Of a DNA stretch of 64,000 nt, positions 1 through 14,960 are shown piece by piece. Below the pieces are notes generated by a model, which saw only the letters and a list, made by a program, of their open reading frames with translations, did not search any database and was not told where the DNA came from. The stretch is taken from the NCBI GenBank assembly GCA_965235115.1, contig OZ249436.1:1738001-1802000 (forward strand). The letters are read 5' to 3'. The position numbers were made by a program, and so were the translations under genes. The stretch is from Laetmonice hystrix. Lineage: Eukaryota. Numbering within the stretch: position 1 is the stretch's first letter; every line of letters begins with the position of its first letter.

Positions 1-1749
1 CTATTTAATTGGTGGGTCTTTTTTCACTATTTCCCATGTGAACAGGTGGTGCCATAAAAAGTACCAGGATATGTGCCTATATGTTAACGTCCTTGACGTT
101 AGGGCGTAGATCTACCTGCCCAGCTACTTCCACTGTTTCTCTGAATGCTTAGGGTCACGTGGCTTGCTGCCAAGGCAACTCTGGAAAGCAGACGAGACTG
201 AAGGATTGTCTGGTGGTTGTAGGTAGAGTTGGCTGCTCTCCCGTCAGGCGAGATTAGACAATTGGACAGGGCTCTATGCTAAACATGGCCAGAGCACATA
301 ACTACATGGTTTACTCTAGTAATGTCCCGTACCAGGTACAAAATGTGTAGTCATCAGATAATGGGGTGAATAAATTCTTCATCACTCCGTTCTCTTGATG
401 AGTAAAACTGAACTACAACTTCAATAATGGCCACCAAATAGATATACAATACCAATCAAATATCTGTGATGACATAATCATTTTAGCCTTTGACCCATGT
501 TTAACTAAAAGATAGCGGTCATATCTGTAGGAAAGTGGCTAGATGGAAGTCTGAAAAATAAACTCAAAAGTTCGCCATGGACTTAGATATCTATCTCATT
601 AGCGTCCAAACTAATATTGGAGACCAAACCTGATTTCACCATTGCTCAGACGTTTAATGCCCACAGATGACTGACTACAGTTTGGCGCTGGACTCAGGAG
701 TTTATTGAGATTATTAAAGCTAATTCTGATCAGAATTCCGATTTAAAAAGCCATCATGGCAGCAGCTGGCTAAACTACGTCAGCCGATGAATATGCCCCC
801 TATCGTTAAACCCGAGAAATACCTACAACGCCCTCTATTGGCATTAAAAGGCCTTGTCTGTCGACAATCCGTATTTCTATGCCCAGATTATTGCCCTATA
901 TACATGGGAGGTCTCACATGTGTTTCAATCTTTACAGGTTGAATCTAGAACATCAAAGCTCTACTAATAAATGTGTCCCACAATAAAGTGTCCGTGTAAA
1001 GTAAAGCGGTAGAAGTGAGAAATGTTAATGTAAAGTCGACCTATACCAGACGTTCCTGTACCGAGTTATCTGTGTTTTATCCCCAACCATGGCGGGGGTT
1101 CACGTTATTCTGTCAACCTCAATTGTCAGTTGATGTATCAGGTGTTGATAGATGGCGCTCCCAACACTGCCGTCGCGCTTTGTTACATTTCACTTTCGGA
1201 ATATTTATCCAACAAAGCATGGATATCATAAATATTCCATGTACATTTCAAACAGCGTATCCTAATATTATATGCCACAACATGTGCGAGTTTTCGTCTT
1301 TCATCTGTAGCTGATTAATGGGGATTAAGGTTCGTAGATTATTCTTGTCTAATGAGTTCTCTAATGGACGCTCTCGTCATATATGTGGTTATACACATAG
1401 AACATGTTTCCCACGGGGAGCATTACCCCTGTCATCCCATTGAAAACATAATGTCATTTTGAAAAGCTTCCAAGTTTTCTTTATAATGAATGGTCCCCCG
1501 ATAATACGTGGCTATACAAGATTAAATGACCGCGAAGAGTAATAGTTGGATCAGGTTACAGTTGTTGAGTGCCCGTGGTAGACGAGATGTATTCATGGTG
1601 ACGAGAGGAAACAGTACGGAGTACGAGAGGAGCGGCAAACTTTTCCCCTGTGATGAAACCAATGGTGATAGTTTTTAATGTCTTTCAAGAATGTCAAAGG
1701 TGGCTACTACGTGATTCACATAAAGATATCGTTATGTGAACGACCTAAA

Positions 1750-1837
1750 GCTCTCTCTCTCTCTTTCTCTCTCTCTCTCTTTCTCTCTCTCTCTCCCTCC
1801 CTCTCTCTCTCTCTCCCCCTCTCTCTCTCTCTCCCTC

Positions 1838-1881
<44 letters not shown>

Positions 1882-1917
1882 GCTGAAGCTCTCTCTCTCT
1901 CTCTCTGAAGCTCTCTC

Positions 1918-1950
<33 letters not shown>

Positions 1951-2046
1951 GAAGCTCAAGCTCTCTCGCGCGCTCTCTCTCGCTCTCTATCTCTCTCTAT
2001 CCCCTCTCTCTCCCCCCTCTCCTTCCCTCTCTCTCCCTCTCTCTCT
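1750..2046. repeat. (CT)n/(GA)n microsatellite, imperfect
   Basis: Long CT dinucleotide run with interspersed GAAG/CG interruptions; explains SL/RE-rich ORFs. Confidence 0.97.
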
Positions 2047-4009
2047 GTAATTTATTAAAGCAACAGATATTTCCGTGTTTAAGTTCCATTCGTAACAGGA
2101 AATAACAAATGTTTATGTATTCTTAAGAAGCGACTAGTTTTCTTGACTTAAGTCTTTATTTATCCGTTTCGACTTTGCGATACAATTCAGGTATGACTTC
2201 CTGAATACTGACAAAACTCGATCTGCACCTGAAAGTGGCCGGCATTCCAAACAATGATGGATGATTCTTGTCCTGCTTATGGTAAAGACATAATAAAGAA
2301 TTGTCAGGTGTGAAAATGACATCAATAAAGTAAGCGAGCCGGATGGCTAATGTTACCAGCTTACTTACATATATATAGAATTGACAATAACAATAGGCAG
2401 GTAAAATGACACTGGGGGGTTTTCTCCCCTGGGACGGCTGTAATGAAAGACCTGGTCTATACTGATGCTGTTACATGGAATTGCACGGTAAAAAAGCCAG
2501 CAGACAGGTGTGAGGTGTATATATTTACCCGCTGTACCTTTTGAAGATACGTTGAGCGAGTGATCGCGAGCACATCGAGGGTACAATAGTGACACCCCTC
2601 CGTCTTACAACTTGCCGTATTTTACCCTCGTTAATCAGGCAGCCAAGGAAACACCACCCTCGGGGGGTGTTAATTACAATCCTCTGGCTGACAGGGGTGC
2701 GGGTGGCGGGGTAGAAGTTGTACCCTCCAGCTTGCCCACCTGACCACAGCGGGGTGCCGGGTAAGATGACTTTGATAAATAGACGCCCAACGTGAGACAA
2801 TCTCCCCACCCCCCTACCACAGCACTGCCTGTTTGAAGCCGGCGTTATCAGCCTAATGACCACCCAAAACTCTACCCCGACTTCTACCTCAAAAATCTCC
2901 AAAACTACACAATTAAACTTGAAACATTTGACATTGGCGTACTCCTCGGAGACTGCGGATCAAGTTGATATAAGTTTTAGAGAGTTTCTCCCAGCGAGTG
3001 TTGAGATTTCGTGAACAGAAAGTGGCAGCAATGATGAAAAGCTCTCTCTGGTATGAGACCGTAGCGCGGTTACGGAATTAGCACCGCCTTCGTAGCTCCT
3101 TGAGCTCATCAATATTGCTACGGTATTGTGTCTGCGCTCGAACACGTGCGCTGGCGAGGACAGCGAACGTGAGAAAGTCAACGTTTGGTTTCTACATCCA
3201 CTCTGACACAATGGTGTTAACATGGTGAAGCCAGGGCACGCCGCGGCTCCGTACAGGACATGGGAACCGCAGAGGAAACCATTAACTGGCGCTAGTATAT
3301 CAGAACACTCAGCGTCCGTCCTCACACCGGAACGCTGCCTTTGATCACACCGCCTCCGGTATATATTGAAGGTTCATGACGGGAGTTTATATTGGGAGTT
3401 GACCACGGCTTGCCGCTGTGTCAGTAGAATATAATGTAAGTTTGTATAAAATGTTTACAAGAGTTAGGATGGTCTGTCTCCCGGTGTGATCATAGAAACG
3501 GCGAATCCGTGGGTGGTAAGGAATGGTTTTGGCGAAATCGTCGGGAAAATTAGCAGCCCCATCGGAACTTGTGGTGATATTTGTGATAATTCAACGATCA
3601 TTTGTCATGATGTAATATTTACATGTAACAGAATTGTAATAAAGATACATTATAAACACGATTATAAGTAAAGGCCATTAATTGTGGTTTCTGGGATATC
3701 GCAGAAAACATAGAACCGAGTTTGGTTTTTTTTTCCTCTTATAAATTCGTTTCACTGTTTCTGAGCAAGTAACAGTGTTAATATTGGGGGTTTCATACAG
3801 AAAAAAAACACACATAATCTTGAAATTCCAGGGACAGCTGCCTCCTTGCCTCCCCGCAGGCTACGGCCTTGTATTCAATTGAGAGACAAGTACATGTACA
3901 TACATACTTACATATATACAACTCTGAATATTCCCCGCTGTTAGTAAACTGTTATTCTATTTGATGTCAAGACGAGGACCACTATATACAGAGACCTCCT
4001 GCTGTATCT

Positions 4010-4324
4010 TGTCTGTCCTTGGATGATGCACTGTGTACTAAACCAGCTATAGGTTGTCTGTCCTTGGATGATGCACTGTGTACCAAACCAACTATAGGTT
4101 GTCTGTCCTCGGATGATGCACTGTGTACTAAACCAACTATAGGTTGTCTGTCCTCGGATGATGCACTGTGTACTAAACCAGCTATAGGTTGTCTGTCCTC
4201 GGATGATGCACTGTGTACTCAACCAGCTATAGGTTGTCTGTCCTTGGATGATGCACTGTGTACTAAACCAACTATAGGTTGTCTGTCCTCGGATGATGCA
4301 CTGTGTACTAAACCAGCTATAGGT
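4010..4324. repeat. 45-bp minisatellite, ~7 copies
   Basis: Unit GGATGATGCACTGTGTACTAAACCARCTATAGGTTGTCTGTCCTY repeated in tandem. Confidence 0.95.
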
Positions 4325-5529
4325 CTTGCTATAGACCGCTTAGGTTACTTTGAAAACCTGACAGTCGAATCATATTTCCGATGGATGTTGAAGGGTGTAC
4401 GGTGAAGAGATTAAAAGACTTTCACCCAACATGCACGGGGCGAGTGGCGGTAAATTGTGTAATGGATACAATTCACTTATATTCTCTCTCCTTGTAAAAT
4501 ACTTGCTTTGATCCCTGATATTTTGACAGGCGCTTGCCCTCCTGTTTTTCAGACTGTATGCTACAGATACAAAGTAAGTAAAGTTTGTGTTGAGGTCGAT
4601 CAGTTCCTTTCCAACCCTGCAGCAGTTGTTGACTCAGGTTCTCCTTGAAGTCCCGCAAATTCTATTATCAGAAGACAGGTATATGTACAGAAAGCTCGCA
4701 TCCCATCCCGAAACACCATTATCTCACTCAAACACAGTGTAAGCAGACATGTCAGACATTTATCAAAGGTTGCTTGTACGTGTAGCTGTCCCTAAAGTTC
4801 TCCTATAGGTTTCCGTATAACTGGACATCTGTCAAACTCTGGCCCTGGGTAAATCTGACTCCAGCCCTGCAACTTGTTAGACTATTGTGTTTCTGTGACG
4901 GCCGCTTTAGTCCAAGATATTGATAAACCCGACCAGTAAATATTAACTTTAAGTATAGCAGTACAATGGCCGACAAAGTAGACGAGCTGTGTGAATGGAA
5001 CGGTCGGAGAATCTGTGTCGGGAAGCCGTCATACTTTCAGTGCAGGCCACGCACCGCCATAGCGAACCAACCCACCGGAAAAGATTGGGACTCAATCGAG
5101 CGAGTGGAAGCCAAATTAAAGAAGCCTTATCCCTTTATTGATTCATTCAGAAGGGTTTATTTTAAAGCGGTAGTTTATTTTTAATCAGATTCTCCTTTTT
5201 CAAAAGGGGAGTGTTGTGAGCTAGGCCCGTCCCAGGGGATGGTTACAGCACGATACAAATGAGAAAATAGGCTTTTCATCCGTCCTCAAAGCTTTCAGCA
5301 GTACCACCCGGTCTGTTTGGGCATTATGTGTAAATATATGTAGAAGATAATATATTCATGGTGAAGATAAAAGCAGCATATAATCAAAACACTGGAAAGT
5401 TTATTTTTCATCAGAGGTTTAATTGGGAAGAGCTTTGTCGAGCGGCTTTCCAAGTGGTTATGGCTACTCGTGTAAGAGCACAGGGTCGGTTGGGGACATT
5501 ATAGCACCTGTTCGTCTCCCTAGTTAGGG

Positions 5530-5615
<86 letters not shown>

Positions 5616-5650
5616 CTCTCTTCCGTCTCTCTCCTTTCTCTCTCTCCCTC
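5530..5650. repeat. (CT)n microsatellite
   Basis: Direct CT run. Confidence 0.95.
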
Positions 5651-6642
5651 AGATTTTCTTACGAACACTCAGTCAGCAGTATTTCAGCTACACCAGGGCG
5701 AGAACAAGGTTAACTTACTCAGTGATAATGATGAGATGCTAGGAAGAAACCCGCGCACCGGGCAGTGGCAAGAGAAGCAGCAGAGAATGAAGATTTAACC
5801 ATAGGATCCATTATCTTATTACTGCTTTACGATTACTCCAATATTACTATAACGTTTTTAATCTTAGTCTGAAGAAGTACAGCTAATATTCACGCAGTAA
5901 GGATTAGTCGTATAGTTCCAAGAATATTTTGGTAACTTTTCTCTATAGTAGCATTAGGGTCGTTCTCTGCAGGTGGTTAAAATAGTGTATACCCTGTTAC
6001 TTTACAAAGGACATCGACAAGCTAGAATTGTGAATACGGTCGGCCAGGCCCCCAACAGGTTGCCCCCTCTCCACGCTTGGCTTCCCGGCGGGACAGTGAC
6101 GGGCGGTCGGCGGACTACATGTGCGGCGGTCCCGGTTCAGGCCCCGCTATCCGCACCCCATCTCCGTACTCACTCACTCACTCCCACACCCAATCACTCA
6201 CTCACTCAATCATTCACTCAATCACTCGCTCACCCATTCTCCCAATCACTCACTTATTTCTTCATTCCTGGCAACAACATGTACTTTTGCGGACTGCATT
6301 TTTACCTCTAGTGTGGGAAGCAACAAGTGTAAGCATATGGACAGTGGGAAGACGTGTGCAGGTTTTTCTGGACAATGGCCTCCCGTTGTATAGTATTCAG
6401 AAATTTGAATGATATGCTGCAGTTTAGTTAGAAATGCACATGATAAAAGAAGGCTGTGTGGTTACCCATATGTGGGGAATATATGGCTCGGAGGTTGAAA
6501 GGTGAGGCAGGAACAAGGTTGACAACAAGCTACTTAGTGCTTGATGGCCTTCAGAGTATAACTTTAGCGGGTTCTATCCTCGAGTAGCGATTTGTCAGAC
6601 GGGTCGACCGCCTGCAGGCAGTGCTGTATCGTTAGCAGTCAG

Positions 6643-6718
6643 AAACGTTTCCATATCTGCAGTGGAAACGTTTCCATATCTGCAGTGGAAACGTTTCCAT
6701 TTCTGCAGTGGAAACGTA
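6643..6718. repeat. 23-bp tandem repeat, ~3 copies, palindromic core GGAAACGTTTCC
   Basis: GCAGTGGAAACGTTTCCATATCT repeated. Confidence 0.85.
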
Positions 6719-6989
6719 TACATGTATGTCGTATCAGTATATACAGCCAAAACATTATATTAGAGAGGGCACAGGTATTTACCTTGGGCACCGTACAGGT
6801 ATGCAGTATTTGGTCAGGTCAATTAGTGCTCAATTAGTATCAGGTACTACAATCAATTTGAGATGATTGTCTCAGGCCAGTCCCACGGGAACGCGGTGCA
6901 GGGTGAGGTGTGATGTGACAGGGGTAATTGCCGGTGTGTGGTTCAGTGTTGGCCCGGCCGTGTGACGGCTGATGGTCAGTCATTGTGCG

Positions 6990-7182
6990 GCCGGCCCGCC
7001 CCTGCCCCCAGCTATCCGACCAGCGAGTCTGATATACCGCCCGGCCTGGACCGGTCCGCCCCTGCCCCCAGCCACCCGACCAGCGGTCCTCACCGCCCGG
7101 CCCGCCCCTGCCCCCAGCCACCCGACCAGCGGCCCTCACCGCCCGGCCCGCCCCTGCCCCCAGCCACCCGACCAGCGGTCCC
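6990..7182. repeat. GC-rich ~46-bp tandem repeat, ~4 copies
   Basis: CCCGCCCCTGCCCCCAGCCACCCGACCAGCGG recurring. Confidence 0.85.
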
Positions 7183-8810
7183 GTTGATACCGACCGGCCC
7201 AGGTGTGCATCCTGTCACCAGGCAGGGGTTCCCGGCCGGCCGACTTTGTGGTCCGGCCGACCAGCCTGTACCTCCGGACGACAGCCCCGGTATGGGGGGA
7301 ATGCCCCCACGCCCTCCCCGTCCTGCACGACGGGGGGAACTTTTACCCCTCCTACGGGTGCGGGGAGGGGGCGGGGAGGGGGTAGAGGGGAGGGGGTACA
7401 GGGAGGATGCCGTACTCAGCCCCATAGACGACAGAGATGAGTTCCTATAGAGATGACTACTCAAACAATCGGGCAGGCGTGGCAGGACCTGCTCGTATAC
7501 ATAAAGTATATGTACCCAAGTAAAAGGTTAATGGCTGTATCCAGTGATTAGTTCAAGACAGATCAAAGAATCTCACTCTGCCATCTATCAACCTTCATTA
7601 GTCTGCTCAAGTTCACATTCCGTTTCTGAAACCAGTTCGTAGATTCTTTCCTTAATCCGCTGAGATCCCGTAATCATTATTCTTATCAAGGTTTGGAGTA
7701 CTTTGAATGTATGATGCAATCATGTATGACGTAACACATAGATTCGACTATTAAATTATGCCGCACTTTGCTGAGAATTCAAATGACCCACAGAAGTAGC
7801 ACCAAATTCCGTAATATCATATATCCTCATAGGTTTTAGGTATACTGATCTGTTGTTGCATATTATCTAATTTATAGTTCCGTGGAACCAGCTCCATGCA
7901 ATGTTCTCATGTTCCACGTTTAAATACCGTCTATATTACTATTATTAGACGAGGATGGGATGTGGGGGAGAGGTCTTACTGATCGTATGTGGGTCCTTTG
8001 CTACACTATTTACATACTCGTATCTTCTATCACAACAATGATTCATTGTTCTTTGATACAATTCTCGAAACGCTGGGCCAATACTTGAGAGATATCGATC
8101 AATATGCGGCCATATTGTAAGCCAGGACTGCTGTGGAGGGGCATATGAAGAGATTTAACCGTGTTAGCGAAACTCGTCGTAGGTAGAGTCGAGTTTCAAC
8201 AACAGCTACAACCGTACAGCTGTGCACATTGCCTATTGTGTGCGCACAGCGCTGTAATACATATTGTTGAATAGGACAACTATTCCGGATCCATTCATCC
8301 CAGGCCATATGTGAATGTCAGTTCATGAGTTTGTGCATGTACAACTATTTTCCTTGTGGGAGATGAAAGAAAAAAGTCCATTATGTTAAGATACGGTCGT
8401 GTTACAGATGTCGGTTATCAGGGAATGATGATATCGTAGGTATAGCGGTAGGCGGTTGTCATTGTTATCGCTGATAACGCCGTGTACTATATCATTTATG
8501 TGGGTAATACATTCTGATTAAAGTCGGCGATCTACGCATCTGGATGAGTCACGCATGAATATATTAGTCTGCAATGTTTGAAATTCTTGGACGGCGATGA
8601 TAGCAAGAGAGATATATAGTTGGTAAAACGATACAAGACAAAAGTACACTCTAGAGGAATGGTGATACATGGACAGAGGAACATACCCTTTGGGCATCAC
8701 AACCATGCATAATGGCGAGTTATTACAGCCCAACGCAACTTTACTATGTGAAAACTTTATAATTTGGTCTAAATGGAATCTGTGGTTGGTTTCCTATAAA
8801 ATATGAGCGA

Positions 8811-9300
8811 ACCTACCTACCTTACCTACTCACCTACCTACTTACTTACCTACCTACCAGACCTACCGGCCTACCTACCTACCTACCTACCTACCTACCT
8901 TACCTACTCACCTACCTACTTACCTACCTATCTACCTACCAGACCTACCGGCCTACCTACCTACCTACCTACCTACTTACCTACCTACCTACCTTACCTT
9001 ATACCTACCTACCTACCTACCTTACTTACTTACCTACCTACCTACCTTACCTTATACCTACCTACCTACCTACCTACTTACCTTACCTTATACCTACCTA
9101 CCTTACCTTACTTACCTACCTACATACCTTACCTACCTTACCTACCTACCTACCTATATGTACCTTATCTACCTACTTACATGCCTGCCTACCTGCCTGT
9201 CTACCTACATATCTACCTACTTACCAACCTACCTGCCTCTACCTACCTACCCATCCACCCACCCAGCTGCCTACCCATCTATCCACTCACCTTCCTACAC
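8811..9300. repeat. (CCTA)n-type degenerate microsatellite
   Basis: ACCT/ACTT tetramer runs; produce the YLPT part of the 398-aa ORF. Confidence 0.95.
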
Positions 9301-9314
9301 ATGGACCCAGAAAC

Positions 9315-9958
9315 TGGCCAACACCCACAGACCAGCCAACACACACAGACCAGCCAACACCCACAGACCAGCCAACACCCACAGACCAGCCAACACACAC
9401 AGACCAGCCAACACACACAGACCAGCCAACACACACAGACCAGCCAACACACACAGACCAGCCAACACTCACAGACCAGCCAACACCCACAGACCAGCCA
9501 ACACCCACAGACCAGCCAACACCCACAGACCAGCCAACACCCACAGACCAGCCAACACACACAGACCAGCCAACACTCACAGACCAGCCAACACACACAG
9601 ACCAGCCAACACACACAGACCAGCCAACACACACAGACCAGCCAACACACACAGACCAGCCAACACACACAGGCCAGCCAACACACACAGACCAGCCAAC
9701 ACACACAGACCAGCCAACACACACAGACCAGCCAACACACACAGACCAGCCAACACACACAGACAAGCCAACACACACAGACCGGCCAACACACACAGAC
9801 CAGCCAACATACACAGACCAGCCAACATACACAGACCAGCCAACACACACAGACCAGCCAACACCCACAGACCGGCCAACACACACAGACCAGCCAACAC
9901 ACACAGACCAGCCAACACCCACAGACAAGCCAACACCCACAGACCCGCCAACATACCG
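9315..9958. repeat. 18-bp minisatellite, ~35 copies
   Basis: Unit CAGCCAACACMCACAGAC. Confidence 0.97.
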
Positions 9959-11479
9959 GCCTATACACACAGACTGTCCCATGCTCTGACCCTCGATGAC
10001 ATTTTTTTGTGGTTTCATGCTGATTTCTATGTTTCTCCAATCTAAATCCTTTATGTTTCGTCAGACGGTCTCGGTCATCTCGCCTGATCACGAAATATGT
10101 TATCATAAAGACTACCATGAATTACAACCCTTTAATGTTTGGGAAAAGATGATATTTTGGACATCCTGAAGCAGGCCCCGGGGCTCAGAGAATCGAATCC
10201 TTCCATTGTTGTGAAGTTATACAGACGAGTTGGTGTAATCACGTCCCAATGTTATGACACTGGTATCGGCTCCAAGTGGCCAGCCTCGATCGATAGGGTA
10301 GGCCCCACTAATTGGTGGACCGCTGCCCTTACCATCAGGTCGGGGCCAATGAAGGGCAGTGAAGGGCAGTGAAGGGCAGTGGGGTAGAAACGTGGCAGTG
10401 GGTAAAGAAAACATTGATATTGCCATAAGTGGCTCGCCGGGGGTGATAGGGTTGAGACAGGTGGAGCAGGGGCCCGCCCTGGACTGGTCACGTGATCTGG
10501 CAGTATCTGGCGGCTGGTCGATCTCACAGAAAGAACGTCAAATAACGTTTTATTTGACGTGAAGGTCAAGGTCGTCTGCAGGATAAAAGTGGCTACATGT
10601 GTCACGTGACAGGCGTGTCTTATTTAGAACACACTTGAAAATTGACTGTCCTTAGACAATGTTGTATTATTTATAAGACACTCTAAATTTTAACGTCTTT
10701 ATTAAGTCATTTTTATCAAAGGAGTTTTGATGTAAAACATTTAAGGTCCGAGACAATGTAAGGAAGGATTGTTACGCGTGTATCGTGTGATACTCGGTCC
10801 ACTCCGTGTGGCCAACGTTAAATTGTCAACACGGTCGTTCCTATACAAGATATATTACATAACCACAAAAACACTCATCAAGAACATAATAAAACAGAAG
10901 AGTTTCTAAGGTAGAGATTGATTTTAACCCTCATATCCTGAATAATTCTGTCCCTTTTTAGTCGCAAATTGTACAAATCCAATTCAATGTCATGTCGGGA
11001 GAGAGAAAATGTCCAAGCAAACAAGGCTGTCGGGTGCCTTGTCCGGGACTCACGCGACCGGGACTAGCAATGTGGAAGAGATTTGTCCCCGAGGTGGAGG
11101 GTAGGGTGAGGGGTGGGGGTACGGGGTGGAGGGTACGGGGTGGGAGGGGACGGGTGGCGAGAGGTGACGTCTGATAAGGGAAGCAAGCCGCCGAGGACGC
11201 CCTCTATCGGCAGGGCCATCGCCAGCCGTTCACGGCTCGATGATTCGATGTTAGCACTGATCGACACACGAGAACCAGAGAAAGGGTCTGGTCGTATATT
11301 TACCGTCTTTGTCAGGGTGGCCTTTTGTAATCAAACTACTAGATCCACACAGTAATCGTAGAGTTATTATTGGTGTGCCATATACTTGGATTCCACAGAC
11401 ACGGCTAAGGTAGGATCCCCGGGCAGAGGTCAGCGGGGTCAAGTATAGGCCTACGTTTTATTGACAGGTGCCGATCCAG

Positions 11480-11960
11480 AAGGTGCAAGGGATGGGGAGG
11501 GTGTCAGAGATGGGGAGGGTGTCAGGGATGGGGAGGGTGGCAGGGATGGGGAGGGTGTCAGAGATGGGGAGGGTGGCAGGGATGGGGAGGGTGGCAGGGA
11601 TGGGGAGGGTGGCAGGGATGGGGAGGGTGTCAGAGATGGGGAGGGTGTCAGAGATGGGGAGGGTGTCAGAGATGCGGAGGGTGGCAGGGATGGGGAGGGT
11701 GTCAGAGATGGGGAGGGTGCAAGGGATGGGGAGGGTGTCAGAGATGGGGAGGGTGTCAGAGATGGGGAGGGTTTCAGAGATGGGGAGGGTGGCAGGGATG
11801 GGGAGGGTTTCAGAGATGGGGAGGGTTTCAGAGATGGGGAGGGTGGCAGGGATGGGGAGGGTGGCAGAGATGGGGAGGGTGTCAGGGATGGGGAGGGTGT
11901 CAGGGATGGGGAGGGTGGCAGAGATGGGGAGGGTGGCAGAAATGGGGAGGGTGGCAGAAA
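11480..11960. repeat. 18-bp G-rich minisatellite, ~26 copies
   Basis: Unit GATGGGGAGGGTGKCAGR. Confidence 0.97.
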
Positions 11961-14000
11961 CGGAGAGATAATTGTTACATACAGAATTAACATTAACTTA
12001 AATATAATATTGCGATAAGTTTTCTCTCAGTTTTTGTTTTCTGCTTACAGACAAGATCGGAACGATCATACTGTATCCATCCTCAGCAACTAACTCATTG
12101 TGATCCTTTAGTCATACTCTGCCGCTTTGTCACTACATTCGAGTAAATTGTGAACTCTTTGTCAATTTAGAGACTTTTGTCCCTACTTGCCGGTTACTAC
12201 CTCCACGTGCTGACATTCACATCTGTTATAGTATGCACACAGCTGCCATAGTATGCACACAGCTGCCATAGTATGCACATGTCCAAATATCTGCACAGTT
12301 CGGATCAGGCTGGGTATATATATGACGCATATGTTTGGCAAGGCTATCATGACCACACCCTGGACTGTAGGCTATTGGTAATCACCCAGGCACTTCCCAT
12401 TGTCCACACATACATTGGAAAACACCCGCCACCAAGATAGAAACCCACTTACACCGCCTCCTCGGAAATTGGATGTAAAGTTTGGGCGTTTTGGTGGTAT
12501 TACCGCGAAATATTGATTACATAATGAGGTCAAATATATTACTTGCCCAAAGTGATTCTCGTACGGTGTAATTGAGGTAGAAGTAGCCGCGATGTCTCCG
12601 ACCTGCACCGGCAGGGCCAACTTGGTCGTCTGTTTACATAAAACTTCATTTGTTCGCCTTCCATCACAATCTAAGCAATTAGTTTGTGCGACTTTTTCTA
12701 TCATTTATGTTCATTTATTCCATCTATGTCCAAAGGCAGTTTCTATTTACAATTGACATATGGGTCGATGCCTTTCTGTTGTTATTGCCACGTTCTGTTA
12801 ATGCTGATTATAACATTAATGTACAGTTTCTCCTCTAATACGGGCATATAGAGATTCACCTCCCAAGTGCACAAATGGTGCGATATAGGCCTTTCAATAT
12901 GAACAGTAATGAATTGAATATCGAATATCCTTTTCTGCACGCAGAATGGCAATAAATTGACTGAAGATATATTTATAATTGGATATAGGATTACGGAGAC
13001 TTCGTCACTGCCGTGTGCCTTGTGTTGACTGGAGCCGTATATATAGAATGACAATACAGCTTGTTCAAGGACAGCCCGCATGGCACTTAGCAGGAAAACC
13101 TGTGCACATGCCTTTAACACGTTCCACTTGGGAAACGTGTATTTAGGAAAGCCGCTGTGTATTCCGAATCCTTTCAGCTGAATACATGTACACTTGCATC
13201 CACCTTTGTGGTTTTACATATGGCACCGACTGCTTCATTACACAAATCCACTTTCCCTGTTCTACCAGCATGTGGGTCGTTGTAGACGGCAAACACATCC
13301 ACACAGCGTACGGATAGTTGTGTTTGCCGTCTGGATACGGAAACACGGAACAAAGATCATAGAACTCTTATATATACAATACCTTTCAGGACCTAGGCAA
13401 TAACAGATTTGTACAAGTGCTGATTTTAAAATCCATTGTATTCAAATAGATGCTGGTATATTTAAAAGATTTAAGAGCTAAAAGGCCTTCCCAATCGCTA
13501 TCCTTTCTTAATACACGTACCAGTACTATAAGTACCGATCGTTATGTGAATATATTTTCGGGTGTCCCAGAAAGAGTGAACCGCTTTTTGACAAGTATTT
13601 TCTCAGTGATAGATAAACCGAATTCATTGAAAAGTTTTCAGACAATAACCTTAGGGTATCATCAACAAGTCTCCAAAATATCTAAAAGATCTGACGGAAA
13701 TGATGCGAGTATTGTCAAATTTAAAACAACATGTCAAAAAATCCGATATCAAAACTGTGCAATGTGACCTACATCATGTTCATGGATTATGCCATATGGA
13801 ACTCTCAGAAGGAGAAAGTTTGCCGGGGACTGAGAGACAAATATTAGATTACACTTCATGCATTCTACGAATACCACTTCAAATTAAATACAAGATTCGA
13901 TAAGTCTCAGCTCCTGTGGCAGAACGACAATACGTGTAATAGAATTAAAATATTTATAGATATTGTCATATATACAGCTCTTAACACAATATGACGAAAA

Positions 14001-14593
14001 ACCTATTGCCACGTGTGTGTTTGTAAAGCTCACGCATTGCCACGTGTGTGTTTGTGAAGCTCACCCGTTGCCACGTGTGTGTTTCTGAAGCTCACCCATT
14101 GCCACGTGTGTGTTTCTGAAGCTCACCTATTGCCACGTGTGTGTTTCTGAAGCTCACCCGTTGCCACGTGTGTGTTTCTGAAGCTCACCCATTGCCACGT
14201 GTGTGTTTCTGAAGCTCACCCGACGTGTGTGTTTCTGAAGCTCACCTATTGCCACGTGTGTGTTTCTGAAGCTCACCCGACGTGTGTGTTTCTGAAGCTC
14301 ACCTATTGCCACGTGTGTGTTTGTGAAGCTCACCCATTGCCACGTGTGTGTTTGTGAAGCTCACCCGTTGCCACGTGTGTGTTTCTGAAGCTCACCTATT
14401 GCCACGTGTGTGTTTCTGAAGCTCACCCGTTGCCACGTGTGTGTTTCTGAAGCTCACCCGTTGCCACATGTGTGTTTGTGAAGCTCACCCGTTGCCACAT
14501 GTGTGTTTGTGAAGCTCACCCGTTGCCACATGTGTGTTTGTGAAGCTCACCCGTTGCCACATGTGTGTTTCTGAAGCTCATCCGTTGCCACAT
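14001..14593. repeat. 31-bp minisatellite, ~19 copies
   Basis: Unit TTGCCACGTGTGTGTTTCTGAAGCTCACCCG; most copies contain the E-box CACGTG. Confidence 0.96.
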
Positions 14594-14960
14594 TGTCGGT
14601 GTGTTATTAGAATCGTTTCCCAACATCGTTATAGTGTGTTGGCGTAGTTTGAAGTTACGAAGTTAATTTTATCAAAACGTGATTTGCCATTAGATATTTA
14701 TCGTCCGAGTTTCAGCCACCTAGTGTCATATTGACTAACTAGGATATGTTTTCATACAGACGGCCTCGAACTAGGGTGTGCAAGCAGCAGTCCGGGTGAA
14801 ACTGGGTCCTCTTGACCAAGACCGCAGGGTTAACTCTCAGTAAAAATATATTTTATACAGTTAGAGTCTTCATGAGGTAGATGGCTCATTTAATGGGCAG
14901 AAAAGGAAAAAGAGATCTTATGAGTGACTGTAAAGGTAGGCGTTTTAATGTCTGCTTGGA

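Noticed and set aside
8803..10118. Long ORFs (398, 295, 279, 243 aa)
   Set aside because: Translations of CCTA and 18-bp tandem repeats, open in several frames on both strands.
11338..11350. ACTAGATCCACAC resembling part of miR-279
   Set aside because: 5' seed bases differ and no precursor hairpin is evident.
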